Source of the DNA: a virus
Length of the DNA: 37,667 nt
Strand: one strand, 5' to 3'
Virus genome (UHGV): UHGV-0387565
In this document: positions 16,043 to 23,690 of the stretch, one piece after another
How positions within the stretch are numbered: position 1 is the stretch's first letter
Layout: each line of letters opens with the position of its first letter
Position numbers and translations under genes: made by a program
The notes under the pieces: generated by a model
The model's database searches: none
What the model saw: the letters and a program-made list of their open reading frames with translations, nothing else
Told to the model about the DNA's origin: nothing

Positions 16043-17107
16043 TTATTTATCCTGCTCGACATATCTTTTCACTACTTCGATCAACCGATCTTTGTATTTA
16101 TACAAATCATTCAGTGTGTCGATGTAAAATCGTTCCATCTTTTTATTTTCGTCCGGAATGAATAATTGTTTGTTTTTCTTGTCGAGATTTATCCTACAAA
16201 TAGGCTTTCTGTTATTGTCTTTGTATAAGATACCAAAGTAGCTCTCTGTATCTCTATGTACTACATCGTTAACATCCACTGTTCCTGCGAGCATACCTCT
16301 TACAATGTAGAATGATTCGATTTCTTCTTCCGTAGTTACGATTTTTGATACGGGTTCTTCTGGAAATTCTTCTGTTTCTGTTTTTTCATCATCGGTATCT
16401 TTTGATAAAGCAGAAGATATCTTGTTATTCACGATTTCATTCACAAATGAGGAGAACGCCCTTTTTACAACAGGAGTGAATTTTTCTATCACTCTTTGGT
16501 TCTTCTGTCCGTCATATATATTCGTGAGTACAAGCCTTACAAATTCTTCTGATGGTGATTCAAATTCATTTGACAATACACCTTTTATAAGAGAACTGTA
16601 TTTTAATTCTTCAGCTGTGCTGAATATTTTTTCTTTGTCAAAATTCTCTTTGCAGAATTTTCTCAACTCATTAATAGAAGAATCTTTTAAGTTGATCATA
16701 TTGATTTCAAGAAATGGCACTAAATCCATCTTGTTTGCTTCTTCTAGGTCAGTGTAAAATCTATATACCAGTCCATTTGTTAAAATTCCGAATTTAGCTG
16801 GAGATGTACCAAAATATCTGAAAAGTTGAGAAGAATGTTTGTCTAACTGTTCAGAACAACTTTTGCATTCAATTAAAATACTTGGCTCTCCGTTATCCAA
16901 AATCGCATAGTCGACCTTTTCCCCTTTTTTAATTCCAACATCTGCGATATATTCCGGACAAAATTCTAACGGATTGAATACATCATACCCAAGTATTTGA
17001 AACAGCGGTACGATTAAAGACATTTTTGTCGCTTCTTCAGTAGATACAGTATCCTTCATCATAGATACACGTTCCGAAAATTGTTTAATAGATTCGTTAA
17101 ACTCCAT
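16043..17107 (-). CDS. HsdR-N-terminal-type (COG4748-like) PD-(D/E)XK nuclease-domain protein with an unknown C-terminal domain
   Basis: N-terminal ~140 aa match the type I R-subunit N-terminal nuclease-domain pattern (LIVPLFQILGYDVF...GEKVDYAIL...PSILIECKS...QLFRYF...FGILTNG.YRFY). D...E-C-K fits a PD-(D/E)XK core. The C-terminal ~200 aa are acidic and unrecognised. RBS GGAGGAG. Confidence 0.7.
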   Translation of the reverse strand: MEFNESIKQFSERVSMMKDTVSTEEATKMSLIVPLFQILGYDVFNPLEFCPEYIADVGIKKGEKVDYAILDNGEPSILIECKSCSEQLDKHSSQLFRYFGTSPAKFGILTNGLVYRFYTDLEEANKMDLVPFLEINMINLKDSSINELRKFCKENFDKEKIFSTAEELKYSSLIKGVLSNEFESPSEEFVRLVLTNIYDGQKNQRVIEKFTPVVKRAFSSFVNEIVNNKISSALSKDTDDEKTETEEFPEEPVSKIVTTEEEIESFYIVRGMLAGTVDVNDVVHRDTESYFGILYKDNNRKPICRINLDKKNKQLFIPDENKKMERFYIDTLNDLYKYKDRLIEVVKRYVEQDK

Positions 17108-17167
17108 ATTCTCCTCCTTCTGTACTTTAACACCACTTTACTCTATATAAACGCCGAAGCGGTTATA

Positions 17168-17611
17168 TCATTTAAAACTTTTAAAATCCATAATCTTTTC
17201 ATCATATCCAGCCAGCCTTGCAATCTGGCTTTTTGTCATGCCCGGATTCTCATAGATTAAAGAATCTGGTATTAGAAGTTCTGCTGCAAAAATATTCGCT
17301 TCTATTTCATTGGTAGAAGATAACAGAAGAGTCTTGTTTCTGATAAAGTAGCAATTTTCTTTTCTGTGAAGAATGGAGTGTGCTAACTCGTGAGCCATTA
17401 CAAGATTCAGCTCATGTTCTTCCAAATCTTCATTCAGAAAAATGCACTTGTGATTTTTAAGAAACATATAGCATCCAGCTCGACTTCCCAAAGGTCCTAA
17501 TTGAACTTCGACATTTAAACAGTTTGCAAGTTTAAAAGGATTTCTTGTATTAAATTTCTTTATGTAGTATTCAACTAAACGCTTAATATCGTTTGTTCTC
17601 AATTTATACAC
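17168..17611 (-). CDS. ImmA/IrrE-family metallopeptidase (anti-repressor protease)
   Basis: HEXXH motif MAHELAHSILH. Gene start abuts the repressor stop (TAGGTG), giving the classic ImmR-ImmA pair. Confidence 0.85.
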   Translation of the reverse strand: MYKLRTNDIKRLVEYYIKKFNTRNPFKLANCLNVEVQLGPLGSRAGCYMFLKNHKCIFLNEDLEEHELNLVMAHELAHSILHRKENCYFIRNKTLLLSSTNEIEANIFAAELLIPDSLIYENPGMTKSQIARLAGYDEKIMDFKSFK

Positions 17612-18034
17612 CTACTTTTTATTTTTGTTAGGGTTGTACTTTTCTTTGTTAATCGGTTTCAACCTTCTCATCATCAGCTCGATTTGCCCAAGAAGCAAGT
17701 CAATATCTTCTTCTGGAATAGCTTGACCATCATAAGAAGCAGGACCTTCTTCATTGTTTTTCAACTTATTTCTGATGTTTTCCATATCTTTTGCAATGTC
17801 GCGCTCATCTTTCGCCGTTAGTGATGACGGATTATCACTGTTAGATGCTCCAGACATTAAATAATCCAACGATACGCTGAAGTAATCAGCGATTTGCTGG
17901 AGCTTGTTAACATTTGGTTGACTTGAACCTAATTTGCTTATGTACCCTTTTCCAAAATTAAGCTCGTTTTCCAATTTATTCATTGAAATTCCATGTTCTT
18001 TGCACAGATGTTTTACGCGTTCTCTCAGTGTCAT
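17612..18034 (-). CDS. XRE-family HTH transcriptional repressor (CI/ImmR-like)
   Basis: N-terminal HTH (LRERVKHLCKEHGISMNKLENELNFGKGYISKL). RBS GAAAGGAG before ATG (complement of 18032..18034). Divergent from the cro-like gene. Confidence 0.85.
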   Translation of the reverse strand: MTLRERVKHLCKEHGISMNKLENELNFGKGYISKLGSSQPNVNKLQQIADYFSVSLDYLMSGASNSDNPSSLTAKDERDIAKDMENIRNKLKNNEEGPASYDGQAIPEEDIDLLLGQIELMMRRLKPINKEKYNPNKNKK

Positions 18035-18263
18035 ATGTAGACTCCTTTCAAAATTCTGAAAAAATCGCAAAATAGTCCTTGACATTCTGAAATTATCGCG
18101 TATAATGTGATTATAGGGTTCTGAAAAAATCGCAAAAAATTGCGATAATAAGAATGCTGGAATTTATTTTGTAATTTTGCTTGACATCTTGATTATAGAA
18201 TATTTTCAGAACTTAGTCAATATAAAATTGTGATATTTTCAGAACTTAACAAAAAGAAAAGAG
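18035..18263. promoter_or_regulatory. lysis-lysogeny switch region with repeated operator-like half-sites and candidate promoters
   Basis: TTCTGAAAAA(A)TCGCAAA occurs at 18054..18070 and 18118..18136, with a variant TTCTGAAATTATCGCG at 18085..18100. The inverted form ATTTTCAGAACTTA occurs at 18202..18215 and 18235..18248. A rightward promoter has TTGACA 18078..18083 and TATAAT 18100..18105 with a 16-nt spacer. A candidate leftward promoter has -35 TTGACT (complement of 18214..18219) and -10 TATAAT (complement of 18191..18196). A palindrome ATCGCAAaaaaTTGCGAT lies at 18129..18146. Confidence 0.6.
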
Positions 18264-18464
18264 GTGATTGATACGGAAAATAATGTTTTTGACAAGATAT
18301 CTAAAAAAGCTTCAGAAAAAGGTATTTCCATCAACTTATTAGAAAGTCGTGCCGGCGTTTCCACCGGAAGTATTTATAAGTGGAATACAGTTAGTCCTAC
18401 AGTAAGAAACTTATCTAAAGTAGCAAAGGTGCTAGGCTGCACTATAGATGAGTTGTTAGAGTAA
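18264..18464 (+). CDS. Cro-like XRE-family HTH regulator
   Basis: 66-aa product with HTH (GISINLLESRAGVSTGSIYKW). GTG start as in the ORF track, though the RBS spacing is poor so the exact start is uncertain. Confidence 0.6.
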   Translation: MIDTENNVFDKISKKASEKGISINLLESRAGVSTGSIYKWNTVSPTVRNLSKVAKVLGCTIDELLE

Positions 18465-18564
18465 CACTTCGTGTTGATAAATATTTGTAAATACGGAGTA
18501 TGGAAGTTTGTAGGACAACATACGTAGGACGATCAACCTGCATACAGTAAAGAGGGGTGGTGAA

Positions 18565-18717
18565 ATGAAAGGAATCGAAGTAGTAAGCATGATTAAAATC
18601 AATGGATCTTGGATAAGCCAAGAGGATTTAAACCGAGAGGAACTTTCTCAAATCTTGGAGAAAAAAATAGATGAAACGATGAAAAATATAGGATTCGAAA
18701 GAAGAAAAACCGCCTAG
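18565..18717 (+). CDS. small hypothetical protein (50 aa)
   Basis: Strong RBS AAGAGGGGTGGTG before ATG 18565. The stop sits inside the 14-bp palindrome ACCGCCTAGGCGGT. Confidence 0.35.
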   Translation: MKGIEVVSMIKINGSWISQEDLNREELSQILEKKIDETMKNIGFERRKTA

Positions 18718-18739
18718 GCGGTAGATGGGAGGACAAGCT

Positions 18740-18925
18740 ATGAAAGTTAAAGGAACTTACCATTGCCAGACTACTCAACAGCCCAATGCATTAAACGGTT
18801 GGGACATCCGTTCTGTATCTGTTGAGTTACCGGAGCAGGACAAGCCCTACTGGCATAAGGTTGCAGCAGCTGTGATCGGGTTTGGGCTAGCGGTAATCGG
18901 ATGGTGGCTAGTGGTTGGGTATTAA
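18740..18925 (+). CDS. small membrane protein (61 aa, C-terminal TM helix)
   Basis: RBS GGGAGGACAAG. C-terminus VAAAVIGFGLAVIGWWLVVGY. Confidence 0.4.
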   Translation: MKVKGTYHCQTTQQPNALNGWDIRSVSVELPEQDKPYWHKVAAAVIGFGLAVIGWWLVVGY

Positions 18926-19022
18926 AAATGAGCACTCAGAGGATGACCGAGGGGGTTGGTTCTCTCTCTAAGCGCTCAAGCAACTACAACTTTATATTAA
19001 CTGATTTTGGGAGAAAGTGCAA

Positions 19023-19175
19023 ATGGAAAAATCTTGTGATAATTGTGCAAATCTCTGTCCGATAGGAGAGGGAGACCACATATGCGAAGAAAAACCAGGA
19101 GTATTGGTATTGGAAGAGTATTTACCCACAGATGACTATCTTTGGTGTAACGGAGATTGTTGGAGGAACAGATAA
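19023..19175 (+). CDS. small Cys-rich (putative zinc-binding) protein, 50 aa
   Basis: RBS GGGAGAAAG before the ATG. Seven Cys (CDNCANLCP...HICEE...WCNGDCW). Stop abuts the ATG of the next gene. Confidence 0.4.
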   Translation: MEKSCDNCANLCPIGEGDHICEEKPGVLVLEEYLPTDDYLWCNGDCWRNR

Positions 19176-19409
19176 ATGACAGCTAGAAATTTTGAGATAA
19201 AAGAAACGATGCTTGCTCTTCCCCAAAAGAGCGAAACGGATATTTACCACATAGAGCTAAACCGCATCAGCTGGTTTGGGAAAGAGGACAAGTTGGATAT
19301 CCGCGGATGGTCAGAAGACCATTCAAAAATGACAAAAGGAATCAGCCTCACAGAGGATGAATTCATAAAGATAGCCCGTGCAGGCTTAGAAAAAACAGGA
19401 GGTATTTAA
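19176..19409 (+). CDS. PC4/YdbC-like ssDNA-binding protein, putative
   Basis: 77-aa product with the pattern ELNRISWFG...KLDIRGW..DHSKMTKGISLTEDEF, which I recall for YdbC/PC4-like bacterial proteins. RBS TGGAGGAA. Confidence 0.45.
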   Translation: MTARNFEIKETMLALPQKSETDIYHIELNRISWFGKEDKLDIRGWSEDHSKMTKGISLTEDEFIKIARAGLEKTGGI

Positions 19410-19410
19410 A

Positions 19411-19848
19411 ATGGCACAGATTACACTTACATTTGATAGTTATGAGGAACTGGTTTCTTTTTCAGAGAAACTGTTATCCAGAGAGGGCGGTATGGAAACC
19501 CATGGAGTCAGCAAAACCGTTCCGGACGTTGAGCCTCAACAAGCAGTTTCCTATGGACAGCAGATTGCACCGCATTTTCCAGAGGCGAACACATCGGTAC
19601 AGCCAAAACAGCCAGAGCAGAATCAAGTAATTCAGAATACCGCGCCGGGCCCGTCGATTCCTATAGCTGCGCCGACGTATACAAGGGAAGATCTGTCAAA
19701 AGCTGCCATGTCTTTAATGGACAAAGGGATGCAGGCACAGCTGCAGCATCTGATCCAGAGTTTCGGGGTATCCTCTCTTGTGGAACTACCAGCAGAACAG
19801 TACGGAAGCTTTGCAACGGCGATTCGGGAAATGGGGGCTCAGATCTAA
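19411..19848 (+). CDS. hypothetical early protein (145 aa) with a central Gln/Pro-rich linker
   Basis: RBS CAGGAGGT. Two-domain appearance separated by the low-complexity stretch QPKQPEQNQVIQNTAPGPSIPIAAP. Confidence 0.5.
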   Translation: MAQITLTFDSYEELVSFSEKLLSREGGMETHGVSKTVPDVEPQQAVSYGQQIAPHFPEANTSVQPKQPEQNQVIQNTAPGPSIPIAAPTYTREDLSKAAMSLMDKGMQAQLQHLIQSFGVSSLVELPAEQYGSFATAIREMGAQI

Positions 19849-19849
19849 T

Positions 19850-21028
19850 ATGGCACATGAAGAGAGAAACCATGCTCTGTTAAGTGCATCTTCGGCTCAC
19901 AGATGGCTGGCGTGTACCCCAAGTGCACGGTTGGAGGAACAATTTCCGGATACTACTTCTGAGGCTGCAAAAGAGGGGACACTGGCGCATGAACTTGCAG
20001 AGCTGAAGGTAAGGAACTATTTTAAGCCACATGATGTGTCTAAAAGAAAGCTGACTTTTGCAATCAAAAAAATGAAAGAGAACCCGTTATGGGATGACGA
20101 AATGTTGGAGCATACGGACACATACATTGACTATATTCGGGATGTGTCCATTAAGCTCCCAACAGATCCGTATGTGGAAGTAGAAAAACAAGTCCGGTTC
20201 GACTCCTATGTACCAGAGGGGTTCGGTACTGCAGACTGCATCATGATTCAGGGAGAAACCCTGTTTGTGATCGACTTTAAATACGGCAAGGGTGTTCTTG
20301 TTTCCGCAGAGGAAAATCCACAGATGATGCTGTATGCACTCGGTGCATATGACGCATGTAAGTTATTTTATCCGATTAAACAGATCCGGCTTGCTATCGT
20401 GCAGCCGAGGCTGCCAGACGGAATCTCTGAATGGGGATGTAGTCTGGAACAGCTTTTGGAATTTGGAGATTATGTGAAGGAAAAGGCTGCGGTTGCATTT
20501 AAAGGAGACGGAGAGTTTGTTCCCGGGGAAAAACAGTGCAGGTTCTGCCGTGCGAAATCCCAGTGCAGGGCAAGGGCAGAAGAAAATGTGAAGCTGGCTT
20601 TTGCAACAGACAAGAAACCGCCATTGATTACAAATGAGGAAGTTGGAAGATACCTGGAACAGGGAGAAGATGTTGCAAGATGGCTCAAAGATCTGCAGGA
20701 GTTTGCGTTGTCAGAATGCCTTGCCGGAAAGAAGATTCCTGGATGGAAAGCGGTAGAGGGCCGAGGATCCAGAGACTGGACAGATATGGATACAGCATTT
20801 GAAAAACTTTTAAAGAGTGGGATTACAGAAGAGCCGATGCTGTGGGAAAAGAAACCACTGACTTTGGCGCAGGTAGAAAAGCTGATAGGGAAGAAAGATT
20901 TTCAGGACGCAGTCGGAGAGTTTGTGGTGAAGAAGCCAGGGAAACCGACACTTGCAAAAGAGTCAGATAAAAGAGAAACAATTACAAACAAAGTGACAGC
21001 CGAAGAGGCATTCAAGGAGGAAAACTAA
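19850..21028 (+). CDS. DUF2800-type Cas4-like PD-(D/E)XK exonuclease with a probable Fe-S Cys cluster
   Basis: Motifs IDFKYGKG and QMMLYALGAY (RecB/Cas4-like). One N-terminal Cys (WLACTPS) and a C-terminal C-x2-C-x5-C (CRFCRAKSQC). ATG 2 nt after the upstream stop; the ORF track starts earlier at 19778, overlapping the upstream gene. Confidence 0.7.
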   Translation: MAHEERNHALLSASSAHRWLACTPSARLEEQFPDTTSEAAKEGTLAHELAELKVRNYFKPHDVSKRKLTFAIKKMKENPLWDDEMLEHTDTYIDYIRDVSIKLPTDPYVEVEKQVRFDSYVPEGFGTADCIMIQGETLFVIDFKYGKGVLVSAEENPQMMLYALGAYDACKLFYPIKQIRLAIVQPRLPDGISEWGCSLEQLLEFGDYVKEKAAVAFKGDGEFVPGEKQCRFCRAKSQCRARAEENVKLAFATDKKPPLITNEEVGRYLEQGEDVARWLKDLQEFALSECLAGKKIPGWKAVEGRGSRDWTDMDTAFEKLLKSGITEEPMLWEKKPLTLAQVEKLIGKKDFQDAVGEFVVKKPGKPTLAKESDKRETITNKVTAEEAFKEEN

Positions 21029-21029
21029 T

Positions 21030-21659
21030 ATGAACGAATTAACAAACGTAACAACAGGAAAAGCAAGATTATCTTATGTACACTTATTTAAACCTTATGC
21101 GGCTACACCGGGACAGGAAGAAAAATTCAGTGTTACCGTGTTAGTGCCGAAATCCGATGTGGATACTATGAACCGGATCAATGCAGCTATTGAAGCCGCG
21201 AAGCAGAGGGGAACAGCGGAAAAATGGAACGGTGTATGCCCACCTGTGGTGTCAACACCAGTTCATGACGGGGATGGTGTGCGTCCGTCAGATGGGATGC
21301 CATTTGGGGCAGAATGTAAAGGACACTGGGTGTTCACGGCAAGTGCAAAAGCAGATTATCCACCGGAGGTGGTAGACGTAAACATGAATCCGATTATTAA
21401 CCAGTCTGAGATTTACAGTGGGATTTATGCGAGAGTAAATGTGAACTTCTTTCCATATTCTTTCGGGGGAAAGAAAGGAATTGGATGTGGCCTGGGTCCG
21501 GTCATGAAATTGGAAGACGGAGAATCCCTAGGAGGAAGTGCGCCGACAGCGGCACAGGCGTTTGGTGCAATGCCCCAGCCAGTCAATCCAACACCACAGT
21601 ACAGGAACGCACCGCAGAATGTACAGGCAATCAATCCGATCACAGGGATGCCGATGTAA
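21030..21659 (+). CDS. DUF2815-family phage protein (SSB-like partner of DUF2800)
   Basis: N-terminus TTGKARLSYVHLFKPYA. The conserved pairing with the DUF2800 nuclease upstream of polA is by recollection. RBS AAGGAGGAAAA. Confidence 0.55.
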   Translation: MNELTNVTTGKARLSYVHLFKPYAATPGQEEKFSVTVLVPKSDVDTMNRINAAIEAAKQRGTAEKWNGVCPPVVSTPVHDGDGVRPSDGMPFGAECKGHWVFTASAKADYPPEVVDVNMNPIINQSEIYSGIYARVNVNFFPYSFGGKKGIGCGLGPVMKLEDGESLGGSAPTAAQAFGAMPQPVNPTPQYRNAPQNVQAINPITGMPM

Positions 21660-21702
21660 TCAAGAGGGGCTTTAGCCCCTCCTTTTAACAGGAGACGTAA
21701 TT

Positions 21703-23679
21703 ATGCAACACCATTTATCTATAGATATTGAGACAAAAAGCAGTGTGGACATCACAAAAGCGGGAGCTTACAGATATGCACAGTCCGAAGATTTTGAAAT
21801 TCTTTTGTTTGCCTATAAATATGATGAAGAGGATGTACAGCTTGTAGATCTTACCGTAGAAGAACGTATTCCAGAACGGATTTTGACCGCTCTTATGAAT
21901 CCTAATGTGGTCAAGCACGCATATAATGCGGCATTTGAGTGGTACTGTTTGAATACTGCAGGGTATCGTACTCCTTTGGAACAGTGGAACTGTACGATGA
22001 TCCATGGACTGTATTGCGGGTACGCTGCAGGGTTGGATGCAACAGGAAAGGCAATAGGCCTTCCGCAGGATAAGCAGAAGCTTTCCACAGGAAAGGCTTT
22101 GATCCGATATTTTTGTACTCCTTGTAAACCGACAAAAAGTAACGGTGGCAGGAGCTGGAATCTTCCGAAGCACGCTCCAGAAAAGTGGGAGCTGTTCAGG
22201 GAATATTGTAAACAAGACGTTGTCACTGAGAATGAAATCCTAAAAAGGTTGCAGGCGTTTCCAGTTCCGAAAGAAGAACAGAGATTGTGGAGGATGGATA
22301 TCTTGATGAATGCGTATGGAGTTCGGGTAGATACAAATCTGATCGCAGGGGCTTTGGCAATTGATTCTCATAGCACGGAGTGCCTGACAGCAGAAGCATT
22401 CAGGATTACCGGTCTTTCCAACCCGAATAGCGCAACACAGTTGCAACAGTGGTTGTCCGGAAAGGGTGTGGATATTCCAAACCTGCAAAAAGCAACAGTA
22501 GAAGAATACTTACAGCGGGAAGATCTTCCGGATGATGCGAGAAAGATTTTGGAAATTCGTCAGCAGTTAGGGAAAACATCTATTAAGAAATATGTTGCCA
22601 TGGATACCGCAAAGGGAGCGGATGATCGTGTACGCGGACTGACACAGTTTTATGGTGCGAATCGGACCGGGCGTTGGGCAGGAAGGCTTGTACAGTTGCA
22701 GAATCTTCCGAGGAATTATTTAAAGACCCTGGATTATGCCAGAAACCTTGTAAAAGATAAAAACTATGACGGGATTAAGCTGCTATACGGGAATGTTCCG
22801 GATACTCTGTCGCAGCTGATCAGAACAGCGTTCATCCCCTCAGATGGGAATAAATTCGTTGTGGCTGACTTTTCTGCCATTGAAGCTCGTGTGATTGCGT
22901 GGCTGGCGGGAGAACAGTGGGTAAATGAAGTATTTGCTACACATGGAAAGATCTATGAAGCAACAGCATCTCAGATGTTCCATGTTCCGATTGAAAAGAT
23001 TGCAAAAGGAAATCCGGAATACAGCCTGCGGCAGAAAGGAAAAGTTGCCACGCTTGCGTTAGGGTATCAGGGTGGAACAGCAGCCTTAATTGCCATGGGA
23101 GCATTGAATATGGGACTGGCGGAAGAGGAACTTCCCGATATTGTACAGAGATGGCGGAGCGCAAATCCGCGGATCAGAGACTTGTGGTATGCAGTGGAGC
23201 AGGCGGCCCTTACTACGATGCAGACGGCACGGCCACAGGGAATCTACGGTTTGATTTTCCGGTACGAGGGGGATCTGGTATACGGACAGTCATTTTTGAC
23301 AGTGCAGCTTCCAAGCGGGAGAAAGCTGTTCTACCCGAAACCATTTCTGCAGGAGAATCAGTTTGGGAAGATGGCAATCCACTATTACACGGTCGGGCAA
23401 CAGACAAGAAAATGGGAAGTGGCATCCACTTATGGGGGAAAGATGACAGAGAATATCGTACAGGCAATCGCACGTGACTGTCTTGCAGAGACTCTAAAAA
23501 GAATTGACAGGATGGGGCTGCAGGTCGTGTTTCATGTACATGATGAGGTGATCATCGATGCCCCTGTATCAATTACGGTGGATGAAATCTGTGATCTGAT
23601 GGCAGAGCCGATACCTTGGGCACCGGGACTGATCTTAAAAGGTGCTGGATTTGAGAGTGACTATTACATGAAAGACTAG
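21703..23679 (+). CDS. DNA polymerase I (family A) with 3'-5' exonuclease domain
   Basis: Exo I motif LSIDIETKS. Pol motif A DFSAIEARVIAWL, motif B RQKGKVATLALGYQGG, motif C VHDEVI. Confidence 0.95.
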   Translation: MQHHLSIDIETKSSVDITKAGAYRYAQSEDFEILLFAYKYDEEDVQLVDLTVEERIPERILTALMNPNVVKHAYNAAFEWYCLNTAGYRTPLEQWNCTMIHGLYCGYAAGLDATGKAIGLPQDKQKLSTGKALIRYFCTPCKPTKSNGGRSWNLPKHAPEKWELFREYCKQDVVTENEILKRLQAFPVPKEEQRLWRMDILMNAYGVRVDTNLIAGALAIDSHSTECLTAEAFRITGLSNPNSATQLQQWLSGKGVDIPNLQKATVEEYLQREDLPDDARKILEIRQQLGKTSIKKYVAMDTAKGADDRVRGLTQFYGANRTGRWAGRLVQLQNLPRNYLKTLDYARNLVKDKNYDGIKLLYGNVPDTLSQLIRTAFIPSDGNKFVVADFSAIEARVIAWLAGEQWVNEVFATHGKIYEATASQMFHVPIEKIAKGNPEYSLRQKGKVATLALGYQGGTAALIAMGALNMGLAEEELPDIVQRWRSANPRIRDLWYAVEQAALTTMQTARPQGIYGLIFRYEGDLVYGQSFLTVQLPSGRKLFYPKPFLQENQFGKMAIHYYTVGQQTRKWEVASTYGGKMTENIVQAIARDCLAETLKRIDRMGLQVVFHVHDEVIIDAPVSITVDEICDLMAEPIPWAPGLILKGAGFESDYYMKD

Positions 23680-23690
23680 GAGGAGTTGAA

